A DNA stretch of 64,000 bases from a bacterium (lineage in GTDB: Bacteria > UBA8248). The notes under the pieces are model-generated. The model was not told the DNA's origin, searched no databases, and was given only the letters and a program-made list of their open reading frames with translations. The position numbers and the translations under genes were made by a program. Positions 28,286 through 39,951 of this stretch are shown here, piece after piece (positions within the stretch are counted from its first letter, which is position 1; every line of letters starts with the position of its first letter). The stretch spans positions 416,001 to 480,000 of the forward strand of contig CBDCRP010000003.1 in assembly GCA_965221165.1 (NCBI GenBank). The letters are read 5' to 3'.

Positions 28286-30616
28286 ATGATGAGAATTTCC
28301 GTGTCGAATACTCCGAAATTCGCTTTTTTGAAAACCCAGGCGTTTTACTCGTCACTCGTCATTTTCTCCCTCGTGCTTTTTGGGCAACCATCCCGCCCGC
28401 AAGCGCAGTTCCGCCCCGGCGCGCAGGCTCAAACCCCACCCACCTCACCCACGAGAAGCGATGAGGGCCTTCGGATTTTGAAAGAACCCGAAGCCGCCAT
28501 CGCCATCACGGCCGATGAGATACGAGAAGATCGGGAGCGGCAGCGGATAATAGGCCGCGGACTTGCGGACATCCGGTATTTAGGCAAAAGGATTCGGGCG
28601 GACCACATCGAAGTGCAAACATCGACGCGCGATGGCGTCGCCACCGGAAACATCGTCTTTCAAACCGGGAACGACCGCATCGTAGCCGACCGCATCGAGT
28701 TCAATCTCGATACCGAGCGCATGGTCGTATTCAACGCGCGCGGCTTCATCGGCGCCACTTATTATGTGACCGGACAGGTGATTCGACGCTTGTCCGAAGA
28801 TCGGTATGAAATCCAGGGGGGCACTTTCACCACATGCGAAGGCGACCTTCCCGATTGGGCTTTCGGCTTCGACCGGGCGACCTTCCAAATCGAAGGCTAT
28901 GCCCAATTGGAAGCCCCCACCATGACGGTGAAAGGCGTGCCGGCGGCTTTTTTCCCCTGGGCCATAGTGCCGATAAAAACAAAAAGGGCCACCGGCTTCC
29001 TCCTGCCGGGCATCGGCTCGAGCAATCGAAACGGCTTCCAGTTCTCTCCCTCGTTTTTCTGGGCCATCGACGATTCGTCGGACGCCACCTTCGGGGTCGA
29101 TTATTTCAGCAAACGCGGCACGCGCTATAAAGGAGAATACCGCTACGCACCGAGTCAAAATACATCGGGACAGATAGGGGGTCGTTACATAAAAGACCAA
29201 CTGGAGCGAGCGACTTTGTGGGACGTCAAAGGCGCCCACCGTACGAATTTCAAGGATACCGGAGCCAGCCTGCACGCCGTGGTCGATTTACAAAAACGCG
29301 CAACAAACGACCGCTCCCTCGAAAGCGATTTGCTGACTCGCACGCGCCCGGACACGGACACCCATGTCACTTTCACGCAAAATTTGCCCAGCATTTCCGG
29401 GCAATTCGAAGTGGGGATGAGGCGACGCGAAGGATTGAGCGAAAACGACGGACAGTTGTTTCAAAAAGCGCCGGAAATCAACCTGGACATCCACAACAAG
29501 CGACTGGGAACGAGCGATCTTTACTTCAACATGGCTTCCTCCTTCACGAATTTCAGAAAAACCGAAGACGAAAACACGATTCGGTTGAGCCGGTTTCACC
29601 TCGAACCATCCGTATCGCTTCATTTCGAGACGGTTCCCTGGCTCGGGTTGACGCCCGAAATCGGATTCCGCAAAACCCATTGGACCCATCAAAAAACAGA
29701 TTCGAGCGTGGGCTCGAACCCGGATGTCACCCAACGGGTGGAATCCGGCCTGTCGCGTGAAATGTGGTTTGCAAAGCTCCATGCGGTCGGCCCGCGATAC
29801 AGCAAAATCTATAAAACCGAACTCGGCCCTTTCCGGGATTTCAAGCACATCATCTCGTTTGAAACGACGTATAGATACAGTCCGGACAAGGACGCGCAAG
29901 ACAGACGCCTGATCATCCCTCTGGACGCAGCAGATGCCCTACAGGATGAAAATATCATCGAATACGCCCTTGTGAACCGCGTACTGACGAAAGTACTTGA
30001 AAATGAAGGGCTGCAGACAAGGCAGTTGTTCCGGTACCGGATCAGCCAGACATACGATTTCGCCGAGGAGCGAAGGAGCGAAAATTTATCCATAAAACCC
30101 AACCGCCCCTTCGGCGACATTACCTTCAGGATCGAATCGCGGCCTACGTCCAAATTTCGTCTGCTGCAACAAATCAAATACAACCCGTATGATTTGGAAA
30201 TAAGCGAACACTCCACGGGCTTTCTTATCGATGTCGGAAAAAATTGGTACTTCAATATCGATCGCACCTGGACGCGCCAGAGAGACTATTATCCGGAAAG
30301 CGCGGAAGGCAGTTATCTTAACTTCGCCGGAGGGTTCTCCATCAACCGCAATCTTTCTCTCGAATACATCACACGCCTGAATAAAACCGAAAATACCACG
30401 CTCGAACAAAGCATCACGGCCCGCTACCTCGACTGCTGCTGGGGCCTGGAACTCACCTTCACCGACACAAAGGATCAAAGCGAAGTTTTCTTCGGCTTCA
30501 GCCTCATCGGTCTGCTCGAAGGCGAAAGAGCCCTGGGCTCCACAAGCAGACGGAACGTTTTACAACAAGGCGGATTTTGGGGAAGTGGCACATGGGCGCC
30601 TTTGCCCTTTGAGTAA
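28286..30616 (+). CDS. lptD: LPS-assembly outer membrane protein LptD
   Basis: OstA-like N-domain, FTTC, RATGFLLP, beta-barrel with C-terminal DCCWG. Confidence 0.88.
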   Translation: MMRISVSNTPKFAFLKTQAFYSSLVIFSLVLFGQPSRPQAQFRPGAQAQTPPTSPTRSDEGLRILKEPEAAIAITADEIREDRERQRIIGRGLADIRYLGKRIRADHIEVQTSTRDGVATGNIVFQTGNDRIVADRIEFNLDTERMVVFNARGFIGATYYVTGQVIRRLSEDRYEIQGGTFTTCEGDLPDWAFGFDRATFQIEGYAQLEAPTMTVKGVPAAFFPWAIVPIKTKRATGFLLPGIGSSNRNGFQFSPSFFWAIDDSSDATFGVDYFSKRGTRYKGEYRYAPSQNTSGQIGGRYIKDQLERATLWDVKGAHRTNFKDTGASLHAVVDLQKRATNDRSLESDLLTRTRPDTDTHVTFTQNLPSISGQFEVGMRRREGLSENDGQLFQKAPEINLDIHNKRLGTSDLYFNMASSFTNFRKTEDENTIRLSRFHLEPSVSLHFETVPWLGLTPEIGFRKTHWTHQKTDSSVGSNPDVTQRVESGLSREMWFAKLHAVGPRYSKIYKTELGPFRDFKHIISFETTYRYSPDKDAQDRRLIIPLDAADALQDENIIEYALVNRVLTKVLENEGLQTRQLFRYRISQTYDFAEERRSENLSIKPNRPFGDITFRIESRPTSKFRLLQQIKYNPYDLEISEHSTGFLIDVGKNWYFNIDRTWTRQRDYYPESAEGSYLNFAGGFSINRNLSLEYITRLNKTENTTLEQSITARYLDCCWGLELTFTDTKDQSEVFFGFSLIGLLEGERALGSTSRRNVLQQGGFWGSGTWAPLPFE

Positions 30617-30685
30617 AATAGAGCGCGGGTTTTCTTTCCTATTCATTTGCGCAACCTGCCCATTCAGGAAGGATGAGACGACTCC

Positions 30686-32017
30686 GTGAACATTTGCGTT
30701 ATCGGTTGTGGATATGTCGGATTGGTCACAGGGGCCATATTCGCCGATTTGGGCAACGACGTCATCGGCGTGGACATCGACCAAAACCGCGTGGATACCC
30801 TGAACGCAGGCGGCTGCCCAATCCATGAACCCAGGCTGCCGGAACTCCTGGAGCGCAACCTCAAAGAAGGCAGGCTCACGTTCATTACCTCTATCTCTCA
30901 AGCTGTTCTGAAAAGTGAAATCATTTTCATTTGCGTGGGCACGCCGCCCGCCGAAGATGGTGGAACCGACCTCTCCCAGGTGGAGACGGCAGCGACGGAC
31001 ATCGCCCGCGCAGTGAATAGCTACAAGATCATCGTCAACAAAAGCACAGTGCCCGTCGGCACGGGAGATTTCGTTCGAGACGTCATCGAAAAGAATGGCG
31101 TCGCTCCGAAAGATTTCGACGTGGTCTGCAACCCGGAGTTTTTGCGTGAAGGACAAGCGGTGCGAGACACGCTCCAGCCGGAGCGCATCGTCATCGGCTC
31201 ATTTTCAGGGAAAGCGGCCAAAACGGTTCAACTTCTATATCAAGCCCTGAACGCTCCTTTCATCATTACGGACACACAAAGCGCCGAGTTGATAAAATAC
31301 GCCTCGAACGCATTTTTGGCGACGAAAATCACATTCATCAACGCGGTGGCGAATCTTTGCGAGCAGACGCAAGCAGACATTCGCGAGGTCGCCAAGGGGG
31401 TTGGCGCGGACTCGCGGATTGGCCCCGCCTTCCTGGGGGCGGGTTTGGGCTATGGGGGCTCTTGCTTCCCGAAAGATGTGGACGGCTTGCTGCACGCTTC
31501 CAGAAAACTTGGCGTTGAAATGCAAATTCTGGAATCCGTGAGAGCAGAAAATAAAAACCGGGTGCCCCGATTTGCGCAAAGAATTATTAACAGAATAGGC
31601 GGGAAGAACGGATTGCCGCTCGAGGGGAAAACCATCGCCGTTTTGGGGCTGTCGTTCAAGCCGGATACGGACGACATGCGAGAAGCCAAGAGCATCGAGA
31701 TTTGCCGTGCGCTCCGTGAGGCGGGGGCCTGGCTGCGCGTATACGACCCCATCGCCACCGAAAACGCCAGGCGAATCATCGGAAATGAGCGCATCGAATA
31801 CTGCCAAAGCCCCTACGAGGCTGCGAAAGGCGCGAGCGGGGTCGTCATCGTCACCGAGTGGCGCGAATTTATTCAGTTGAACCTGAATCGCCTGAAATCA
31901 GAGATGGCGGAGCCGATTATATTCGATGGCCGCAACATCTATTCTGCAGAGCAAGTAACCGATGCCGGTTTTGAATACTTCAGCATCGGGAAAACGCCGA
32001 CCAAACCTGAAAAATGA
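30686..32017 (+). CDS. ugd: UDP-glucose 6-dehydrogenase
   Basis: [31 protein letters not shown]. Confidence 0.93.
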   Translation: MNICVIGCGYVGLVTGAIFADLGNDVIGVDIDQNRVDTLNAGGCPIHEPRLPELLERNLKEGRLTFITSISQAVLKSEIIFICVGTPPAEDGGTDLSQVETAATDIARAVNSYKIIVNKSTVPVGTGDFVRDVIEKNGVAPKDFDVVCNPEFLREGQAVRDTLQPERIVIGSFSGKAAKTVQLLYQALNAPFIITDTQSAELIKYASNAFLATKITFINAVANLCEQTQADIREVAKGVGADSRIGPAFLGAGLGYGGSCFPKDVDGLLHASRKLGVEMQILESVRAENKNRVPRFAQRIINRIGGKNGLPLEGKTIAVLGLSFKPDTDDMREAKSIEICRALREAGAWLRVYDPIATENARRIIGNERIEYCQSPYEAAKGASGVVIVTEWREFIQLNLNRLKSEMAEPIIFDGRNIYSAEQVTDAGFEYFSIGKTPTKPEK

Positions 32018-32970
32018 AAAACTCTCGCGTTGTGGTTACGGGTGGAGCGGGCTTCATCGGCTCCCATTTGTGCGACAAATTGATTGCTCTGGGCAACGAC
32101 GTCGTATGCGTCGACAACTTTCTTACCGGAAACCGGCCGAATATCGAACATCTGCTCAAAAACGAACATCCAAATTTTACGCTCATCGCACATAATGTGA
32201 GCGAGCATATTCACGTCGAAGGAAATGTGGACGCCGTTTTCCATCTCGCGAGTCCAGCCAGCCCGAATGACTATTTGAAATTCCCCATACAGACGCTCAA
32301 GGTCGGCTCCCTCGGCACGCATAATGCCCTGGGCCTTGCGAAGGAGAAAAAAGCGCGATTTCTCCTCGCCTCCACTTCGGAAGTATATGGAGATCCCCAA
32401 ATTCACCCGCAGCACGAAGAATACTGGGGCCATGTGAATCCCATCGGGCCGCGCGGGGTATATGATGAGGCCAAAAGATTCTCCGAGGCGATGACCATGG
32501 CCTACCGCCGGACCCATGGCCTCAACGTGCACATCGCCCGTATTTTCAATACCTACGGCCCGAGAATGCGAATCGCGGACGGACGCGCGATACCCGCTTT
32601 TATCTCGCAAGCCATTGGAAATGAACCCATCAGCGTCTTCGGCGACGGCAAGCAGACAAGAAGTTTTTGTTTTATCACCGATCTCACCGATGGCTTCATC
32701 AAACTGATGGACAGCGAAATTCATGACCCCGTCAACCTCGGGAATCCTTCCGAGATGACGATTCTCGACCTGGCGAGGAAAATCATCGAGCTCACGAACG
32801 CGGACTCGGAAATCCACCACAAGCCGCTGCCGGTCGATGACCCTAAAATTCGGCAACCCGACATCCAGAAAGCGAAAAAACACCTCGGCTGGGAGCCGGC
32901 GGTCCCCCTGGAGACAGGGCTCCTGGCCACCATAGACGACTTCAGGGAACGACTGAAAATAACGCCCTGA
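32014..32970 (+). CDS. UDP-glucuronate decarboxylase (SDR family)
   Basis: [27 protein letters not shown]. Confidence 0.9.
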   Translation: MKNSRVVVTGGAGFIGSHLCDKLIALGNDVVCVDNFLTGNRPNIEHLLKNEHPNFTLIAHNVSEHIHVEGNVDAVFHLASPASPNDYLKFPIQTLKVGSLGTHNALGLAKEKKARFLLASTSEVYGDPQIHPQHEEYWGHVNPIGPRGVYDEAKRFSEAMTMAYRRTHGLNVHIARIFNTYGPRMRIADGRAIPAFISQAIGNEPISVFGDGKQTRSFCFITDLTDGFIKLMDSEIHDPVNLGNPSEMTILDLARKIIELTNADSEIHHKPLPVDDPKIRQPDIQKAKKHLGWEPAVPLETGLLATIDDFRERLKITP

Positions 32971-33138
32971 AATCCTTTCATTCGGCTCTGCACGTCCAGT
33001 GTTTTCATGAAACGCCGATCATCCTTACCACTCGATGGAGCGCCTTGAAATAGGGCCCCCGGATCGGCTAGATTGAGGGGCACTGAGCAGATTCACCTTT
33101 TCCATCGCCCGTACCGCCCCACGACTCAGAGGTATCCT

Positions 33139-33744
33139 TTGGAACCATCGGCAAAGGAGTTCCTGGCCGAACGCGCCGTGAGATACGAATCGCTTGCCGC
33201 GAGCGACTACCCCCGGCAGGTAGACGATATCTGCAACGTCATCGTCGAATGTCTGGCATCGGAAAAGAAAATCATCGCCTTCGGCAACGGGGGGAGCGCC
33301 GCGCTCGCCATGCACTTTACGGGCGAGCTCGTCGGTCGCTTCCTGGCCGAACGCGCTCCCCTGCCCGCCATTTGCCTCACTGGCGACGCGAGCGCCCTCA
33401 CCGCCATCGGGAACGACTACGCGTATGAAGAAATTTTTGCGCGGCAAATTCAGGCGCACGGGCGAGCGGGAGATGTCGCCCTGGGCCTGAGCACGAGCGG
33501 CAATTCCGCCAACGTCGTCTCCGCCCTCGAGCGGGCCGACGCCCTCGGCCTCCTGGGGGTTGCGATGACCGGAAGTGGCGGCGGAGAGGCTTCACGAGCC
33601 TCGAAATTTGCGGCCAAAGTGCCGTCGGACGACACCGGTTTCATACAAGAGGCCCATGAAGCCGCTCTCCATTATATTTGCCACCGCATTGACGGGGTTT
33701 TCGCCAAGGACACGAAAGAGCAAAAAATCGCCCTCAACCGATGA
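33139..33744 (+). CDS. gmhA: Phosphoheptose isomerase (SIS family)
   Basis: GNGGS, TAIGNDY, STSGNS, IQEAH. Confidence 0.8.
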   Translation: MEPSAKEFLAERAVRYESLAASDYPRQVDDICNVIVECLASEKKIIAFGNGGSAALAMHFTGELVGRFLAERAPLPAICLTGDASALTAIGNDYAYEEIFARQIQAHGRAGDVALGLSTSGNSANVVSALERADALGLLGVAMTGSGGGEASRASKFAAKVPSDDTGFIQEAHEAALHYICHRIDGVFAKDTKEQKIALNR

Positions 33745-33772
33745 ATAAAAAAACAGCGACGGGACACGAGAC

Positions 33773-34567
33773 GTGGAAATTGGAATTTTAGGCAGCGGGA
33801 GCAGAGGAAACGCCGCTTTGGTTCGCTCAAACGGCGCTGCGTTTCTCGTCGATGCGGGCCTCAGCGCGCGGCAAATCACAAAACGCCTCGAAACCTACGG
33901 CCTCCGCCCGCAGGATTTGATGGCCATCGTGCTCACGCATGAACATATCGATCACGTCAGAAGCGCGGGCACCCTGGCGAGAAGATGGAATCTGCCCCTC
34001 TGGACGAACAAGGGCACATACAAGGCGAGCCGGGAGACGATAGGCGAGACGCCTGCGTGGACGGAAATCGAAGTGGGACTCCCCTTTCACATCGGCGGCA
34101 TTCGGGTCGAACCCTTCAGCACGCCCCATGACGCGGCCGACCCGTTCGGGATGATACTGAGCGCCGAGGATGGCCGCCGCGTCGGCTTCGCCACCGACAT
34201 GGGGTTTGTTACGAAATTGGCGCGCCGGCGGCTCCAGGGGCTTCAAGGACTCGTCCTGGAATTCAACCACGACGTGGAAATGCTCATCAACGGCCCCTAT
34301 CCCTGGCCGATCAAGCAGAGAATCCGGGGCAAACTCGGGCACCTCAGCAACGAGGATGCGGCGCAGTTGCTCAAGAATATCGCCACGGACGACTTCGAAT
34401 GGCTCATCTGCGCCCATATTTCACAAGAGAACAATGAAAACGGGCTTCTTCTGGAGACGGCCCAAAAAGCGTTGAACGGCCATGGACGGAGAAATCTCCT
34501 GAGCGCCACCCAGGATGAACCCACTCCCCTCATGGGCGCCGGAGGCAGAACGGAGGACATCTCGTGA
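33773..34567 (+). CDS. MBL-fold metallo-hydrolase (YycJ/WalJ-like)
   Basis: SGSRGN, THEHIDH, PHDA, GHLSN, HISQENN. Confidence 0.88.
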   Translation: MEIGILGSGSRGNAALVRSNGAAFLVDAGLSARQITKRLETYGLRPQDLMAIVLTHEHIDHVRSAGTLARRWNLPLWTNKGTYKASRETIGETPAWTEIEVGLPFHIGGIRVEPFSTPHDAADPFGMILSAEDGRRVGFATDMGFVTKLARRRLQGLQGLVLEFNHDVEMLINGPYPWPIKQRIRGKLGHLSNEDAAQLLKNIATDDFEWLICAHISQENNENGLLLETAQKALNGHGRRNLLSATQDEPTPLMGAGGRTEDIS

Positions 34568-35871
34568 TTCCGAGATACACACGCCCTGAAATGGCGAAAA
34601 TATGGCAAGAGCGCGAAAAACTTCAGCGTATGCTCGATGTGGAGATAGCCGTTTGCGAAGAAATGACCGCGCGCGGCGAAATCCCGGAGGATGCGCTCGA
34701 GGAGATCAAATCGAAAGCGGCGTTCGAGCCGGAGCGGATCAAGGAGATCGAGCGCGTCACCAAACACGACGTCATCGCGTTTCTCACCAACGTGGCGGAG
34801 CACGTAGGCCCATCCTCGCGCTATATCCACCTCGGCATGACGAGCAGCGACGTCCTCGATACCGGCCTCGCGCTTCAGCTCATGTCCGCGGCCGACATCA
34901 TTCTCGATGACATTCAGAAACTCAAAAAGACTCTTAAACAACGTGCTTTGGAGCAAAAACGCACCGTCATGCCGGGCAGAACGCACGGGATGCACGCCGA
35001 GCCCACTACCCTGGGCCTCAAAATAGCCACCTGGTACACCGAGTTCGAACGCGCGCATGAGCGCATGCAGAGCGCGCGGGAAGCCATCCGCGTCGGCCAG
35101 ATCTCGGGCGCCGTGGGCGCGTGCCCCCACATCCCGCCGGATACGGAGGAGGCCATTTGCGAGCGCCTCGGCCTCAGGGTCGAGCGCGTGAGCAGCCAGA
35201 TCATCCAGCGCGACCGCCATGCGGAGTACCAGCTTGCTCTCGCCCTCGTGGCGGCGAGCATCTCCCGTGTGGCGACGGAAGTCCGCCACCTGCAAAGAAA
35301 CGAGGTGGGCGAAGCGGAAGAATTCTTCAGCAAGGGGCAAAAGGGCAGTTCCGCCATGCCCCACAAGAGAAACCCCGTGGTCTCGGAGCAGCTTTGCGGT
35401 CTCGCCCGCGTGGTGCAGGGAAACGCCACCGCAGCCCTCCAGAATGTCCCCCTGTGGCATGAACGCGACATCTCCCACTCATCCGTGGAGCGCGTGATAC
35501 TGCCGGACAGCACGATTCTCGTGGATTATATGCTCACAAAACTCAACGATTTGATGAAAAACTGGATGATCTATCCCGATAAGATGCAGGAAAACCTCAC
35601 GCGCTCGAAGGGCTTGCTCCTCAGTGAGCACGTCATGCTCGCCCTGATTCGCAAAACGGGCATTACCCGCGAGGAAGCCTATGCGCGCGTGCAGGCCCCC
35701 GCCATGGAGGTATGGGCCGAGGGCGGTGATTTTCAGGCCAAACTGGCGGCGGACCCGCAAGTGGGCGGCGTGCTGGGCGAGGCCGAACTCGCCCACTGCT
35801 TCGATATGGACGCCCACCTGAAAAATCTGGACCGGATTTTCGAACGAGTCTTCGGTCCTGATGATGAATGA
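34564..35871 (+). CDS. purB: Adenylosuccinate lyase
   Basis: MIPRY, KHDVIAF, GRTHG, GSSAMPHKRNP. Confidence 0.97.
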   Translation: MIPRYTRPEMAKIWQEREKLQRMLDVEIAVCEEMTARGEIPEDALEEIKSKAAFEPERIKEIERVTKHDVIAFLTNVAEHVGPSSRYIHLGMTSSDVLDTGLALQLMSAADIILDDIQKLKKTLKQRALEQKRTVMPGRTHGMHAEPTTLGLKIATWYTEFERAHERMQSAREAIRVGQISGAVGACPHIPPDTEEAICERLGLRVERVSSQIIQRDRHAEYQLALALVAASISRVATEVRHLQRNEVGEAEEFFSKGQKGSSAMPHKRNPVVSEQLCGLARVVQGNATAALQNVPLWHERDISHSSVERVILPDSTILVDYMLTKLNDLMKNWMIYPDKMQENLTRSKGLLLSEHVMLALIRKTGITREEAYARVQAPAMEVWAEGGDFQAKLAADPQVGGVLGEAELAHCFDMDAHLKNLDRIFERVFGPDDE

Positions 35872-36024
35872 AACTCGGAATGCGGGGTGACAAACACAAG
35901 CTCGTTTATGTTAGGATAGCCAAGTCCTGACCGCCCGGAATGGTCATTTTCTAACCCGCTCAAATGATGGAACAACCCCTAAGACGAATGCTCGAATTTG
36001 CGATCCTCGAATGGAGAATTGTTC

Positions 36025-36738
36025 ATGGAACGCGGCAAACAGGTTTACGAAGGCAAGGCCAAGATCATCTACGAGACGAACGACCCCGACTACTATATCC
36101 AGTTCTTCAAAGATGACGCATCCGCTTTCAATGCAAAGAAACTGGGCACCATTGAATCCAAAGGCATTTTCAACAACTCCATCTCCTCTCACCTGCTGCA
36201 AGAGGTAGAGCGTCAGGGCGTACCCACGCATTTCGTCGAAAAACTCTCAGAGCGCGAGATGCTGGTGAAAAAACTCGACATCATACTGGTCGAAGTAGTT
36301 CTGAGAAACATCATCGCGGGGAATCTGGCCAAGAGAATGGGCGTGGAGGAAGGCGCGCGCCTTCCCAACACGATAGTCGACCTGCATCTGAAAAACGATG
36401 ACCTCGATGACCCGCTCATCAACGAGGACACCGCCGTGGCCTTTGGCCTGGCGACGCGCGAAGAACTCGCCCAGATGCGCGAATACGCCTTTCGGGTGAA
36501 CGACATCCTCACCTCGTTTTTCTCCGAGCGCAACATAGACCTCGTGGACTTCAAGCTCGAATTCGGACGCTGCGAGGCCGAGGGCGGCAAGCTCTTGCTG
36601 GGCGATGAAATCACGCCGGACGGTTGCCGGTTCTGGGAGAAGGGAACGGGCCGCAAGCTGGACAAGGACCGCTTCCGCAGAGATTTGGGCAACGTGGAAG
36701 ACGCATACGCCGAAGTCGAGAAGCTCGTCATAGAATAA
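36025..36738 (+). CDS. purC: SAICAR synthetase
   Basis: YEGKAK, DFKLEFG, DEITPD, DKDRFR. Confidence 0.96.
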   Translation: MERGKQVYEGKAKIIYETNDPDYYIQFFKDDASAFNAKKLGTIESKGIFNNSISSHLLQEVERQGVPTHFVEKLSEREMLVKKLDIILVEVVLRNIIAGNLAKRMGVEEGARLPNTIVDLHLKNDDLDDPLINEDTAVAFGLATREELAQMREYAFRVNDILTSFFSERNIDLVDFKLEFGRCEAEGGKLLLGDEITPDGCRFWEKGTGRKLDKDRFRRDLGNVEDAYAEVEKLVIE

Positions 36739-36757
36739 CCCGCGCCCGGAGGTAGCG

Positions 36758-37021
36758 ATGCCGAAAGCCCTGGTTTATGTGACGTTCAAAGCCGGCGTGC
36801 TCGACCCCCAGGGGGAAGCCGTTCGGGGAGCGCTCTCCTCTCTCGGATTCAAGGGCGTGAACGACGTGCGCGTGGGAAAATTCATCGAGCTCGAACTCGA
36901 AGAGTCCGACGACATCCACGCCGACCTCGAAAGAATGTGCCAGGACCTGCTCGCCAACCCCGTCATCGAAGATTACCGCATCGAAATGGCGAGTGAATCC
37001 ATGAATGGCGAGAGCAGGTAA
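36758..37021 (+). CDS. purS: FGAM synthase subunit PurS
   Basis: VLDPQG, VRVGK, LLANPVIE. Confidence 0.95.
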   Translation: MPKALVYVTFKAGVLDPQGEAVRGALSSLGFKGVNDVRVGKFIELELEESDDIHADLERMCQDLLANPVIEDYRIEMASESMNGESR

Positions 37022-37716
37022 TGCATTTCGCCGTCATCGTCTTCCCGGGTTCCAATTGCGACCATGACTGCTACCACGCCGTCAAGGACGTCCTCAAACA
37101 GCCGGTGCGGTTCGTGTGGCACAAGGAAACCTCTTTAGGAGAGGCGGAGGTGGTGATACTCCCCGGAGGTTTCAGCTACGGGGACTACCTGAGAGCCGGC
37201 GCCATATCCCGCTTCTCCCCCATCATGCAGGCCGTTTCCGCACACGCCAAGCAGGGGCGTCCCCTACTCGGCATATGCAACGGCTTTCAGTGCCTGGCCG
37301 AATCGGGTCTCCTGCCCGGGGCCTTGAGGCGAAACGAGTCGCTTCGCTTCGTTTGTGACGATGTCCGGCTCAAGTGCGAAACATCGAGAACCCCCTTTAC
37401 CTGCGAGATTCAGCCGGACGAAATCCTTAAAATGACCATCGCGCACGGAGAGGGGAACTACTTCTGCGAACCCGAAACGCTCGCCGAACTCGAAGATAAC
37501 GACCAGATCGTTTTTCGCTACGCCGACATAGAGGGCCGCGTGCGCCCGGAAGCGAATCCCAACGGCTCTACGGCCAACATCGCGGGCATATGTAATCGCC
37601 AAGGAAACGTGGTGGCTCTCATGCCGCATCCCGAACGCAGTTGCGACCCCCTGTTGGGCGGGGAGGACGGATTGCGGGTGTTCACGTCCGTCATGCAGAT
37701 GGCGGTCTCGTCATGA
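37021..37716 (+). CDS. purQ: FGAM synthase glutaminase subunit PurQ
   Basis: FPGSNC, GGFSYGD, GICNGFQ, MPHPER. Confidence 0.96.
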   Translation: MHFAVIVFPGSNCDHDCYHAVKDVLKQPVRFVWHKETSLGEAEVVILPGGFSYGDYLRAGAISRFSPIMQAVSAHAKQGRPLLGICNGFQCLAESGLLPGALRRNESLRFVCDDVRLKCETSRTPFTCEIQPDEILKMTIAHGEGNYFCEPETLAELEDNDQIVFRYADIEGRVRPEANPNGSTANIAGICNRQGNVVALMPHPERSCDPLLGGEDGLRVFTSVMQMAVSS

Positions 37717-39950
37717 TCACGACGGACGTTCTCGCCACGCCGGAGATGGCTCTCGACCACGGTCTTTCGCCGGCCGAATGGGAAAAAATTACGGAAACCC
37801 TGGGGCGCAAACCCAACGTCACGGAACTCGGCGTATTCTCCGCCATGTGGAATGAGCACTGCTCATATAAAAGCAGCCGGGTTCATCTGCAAAAATTTCC
37901 CACACAAGGCCCCCATGTCCTGCAAGGACCCGGAGAAAACGCGGGCGTCGTCGACTTGGGCGAGGGCATGGCCGTCGCGTTCAAGATGGAAAGCCACAAT
38001 CACCCCTCTTTCATCGAACCCTACCAGGGTGCGGCCACGGGGGTGGGCGGCATTTTGCGGGATATCTTCACGATGGGCGCACGGCCCGTCGCGCTGCTCG
38101 ACAGCCTGCGTTTCGGGGCGCCGGAACATCCCCGCACGCCCTATCTCGTCGGGGGCGTCGTAGGCGGCATCGCGGGTTATGGAAACTGCATCGGCGTTCC
38201 CACGGTAGGCGGAGAAACGAAATTTCATCCCTGCTACAACGGGAACATTCTGGTGAACGTCATGTGCGCGGGCATCATGCGCTCGGACGCCATATTCCGG
38301 GGCACGGCTTCGGGCGTCGGAAACCCGGTGATCTATGTCGGCGCACCCACCGGGCGAGACGGCATTCATGGCGCGTCCATGGCATCGGCGGGATTCGACG
38401 ATTCCGCCCTTGGGAAAAGGCCCACCGTTCAGGTGGGCGATCCGTTCCGGGAAAAACTCCTGCTCGAGGCGTGCCTGGAACTGATGAAGCGCGGCGCCGT
38501 GGTCGGCATTCAGGATATGGGCGCCGCCGGCCTCACCTCCTCTTCCGTCGAGATGGCGGGCCGGGCCGGCACGGGCCTACTCCTCCGCCTCGATGCTGTT
38601 CCTTGCCGGGAAGAGGCGATGTCGCCCTATGAGATGATGCTTTCTGAAAGCCAGGAGAGAATGCTCCTGGTAGCGGAAAAAGGAAGGGAATCCGAGGTGC
38701 GGGAGATTTTCGAGCGGTGGGACTTACCGATGTCGGTCGTGGGGGAAGTGACCGGGGACGGCAGGCTTCGCGTGGCGTTCGGAGAGGATGAAGTCGCCGA
38801 CCTGCCCGTATCATCGCTGACGGATGATGCGCCGGCCTATGACCGCCCGAGAAAACCCGAGCGCGGCCTCCCGCCGGAGGATCCGCTCCATGAACTGCCG
38901 GAGCCTGAGGATCTCGGGCCCACCCTGCTCAAGATGCTGGCCCACCCCAACCACGGGGACAAAAAACCGATATGGCGGCAGTATGACTACAAGGTTCGCA
39001 CGAATACGGTAACCTCTCCGGGTGGAGACGCCGCCATCATTCGTCTCAAGGGCACGAACAAGGCGCTGGCCCTCACGACGGATGGAAACGCGCGATACGG
39101 CATGCTCGATCCCTACAAAGGGGGGATGCTCGCCGTGGCGGAAGCCGCGCGAAACATCTGCTGCGTGGGCGCAAGACCCCTCGCGATCACCAATTGCCTC
39201 AACTTCGGCAATCCCGAGCGACCCGCCGTGATGTCCCAATTCTCTTTGTCGATTGAAGGCATGACGCAAGCGTGCCGCTCCCTGGACCTGCCCGTGGTGA
39301 GCGGAAACGTGAGCTTTTACAACGAAACGCACCAGGTCGATATCTACCCCACCCCGATAATCGGCATGGTGGGTCTGCTCGATGACGTCCATAAAAGAGC
39401 GGGGCACGGGTTCGCCTCGGAGGGCGACGCCATCGCCCTGATTCATCCCAAAGACGAAGCGCCGTTGCCAAAAGCATGCGCGCATGAATACGTTTGGGTG
39501 GAAACGGGCAAGGAGGGAGGCGACGCGCCGGCGATATCGCCGGATGGGGAAAAAGCCGTGCAAACAGCGTGCAGACGCGGCATCGAAGCGGGTCTGGTGC
39601 GCTCCGCCCACGATCTTTCCGAAGGCGGATTGGGAATCGCTTTGGCCGAATCCGCCATCGCATCGCCGAAAAGCAGCCTTGGGGCCGTAATACGGCTCCC
39701 CGAACAAGAGGGCAGGTTCGATGGTTTGGTATACGGCGAGGCGGCATCGCGCATCCTGGTGAGCGTCTCTCCCCAAGCGGAAAGTGCTCTGCGCGAGGCC
39801 GCGCAAGGCTGCGGAGCGGAACTAACGCGCATCGGTCGCGTTCAGGAGGGTGCTTTCCTCGTCAAAACACCCGATAATGCTCCCCTTATCGATCTGGCCA
39901 TGCCGAATCTCGTGGCGGCATGGTCGGGCGCTCTCTCCGAGGTGTTGTGA
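37713..39950 (+). CDS. purL: FGAM synthase subunit PurL
   Basis: [35 protein letters not shown]. Confidence 0.96.
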   Translation: MITTDVLATPEMALDHGLSPAEWEKITETLGRKPNVTELGVFSAMWNEHCSYKSSRVHLQKFPTQGPHVLQGPGENAGVVDLGEGMAVAFKMESHNHPSFIEPYQGAATGVGGILRDIFTMGARPVALLDSLRFGAPEHPRTPYLVGGVVGGIAGYGNCIGVPTVGGETKFHPCYNGNILVNVMCAGIMRSDAIFRGTASGVGNPVIYVGAPTGRDGIHGASMASAGFDDSALGKRPTVQVGDPFREKLLLEACLELMKRGAVVGIQDMGAAGLTSSSVEMAGRAGTGLLLRLDAVPCREEAMSPYEMMLSESQERMLLVAEKGRESEVREIFERWDLPMSVVGEVTGDGRLRVAFGEDEVADLPVSSLTDDAPAYDRPRKPERGLPPEDPLHELPEPEDLGPTLLKMLAHPNHGDKKPIWRQYDYKVRTNTVTSPGGDAAIIRLKGTNKALALTTDGNARYGMLDPYKGGMLAVAEAARNICCVGARPLAITNCLNFGNPERPAVMSQFSLSIEGMTQACRSLDLPVVSGNVSFYNETHQVDIYPTPIIGMVGLLDDVHKRAGHGFASEGDAIALIHPKDEAPLPKACAHEYVWVETGKEGGDAPAISPDGEKAVQTACRRGIEAGLVRSAHDLSEGGLGIALAESAIASPKSSLGAVIRLPEQEGRFDGLVYGEAASRILVSVSPQAESALREAAQGCGAELTRIGRVQEGAFLVKTPDNAPLIDLAMPNLVAAWSGALSEVL

Positions 39951-39951
39951 G

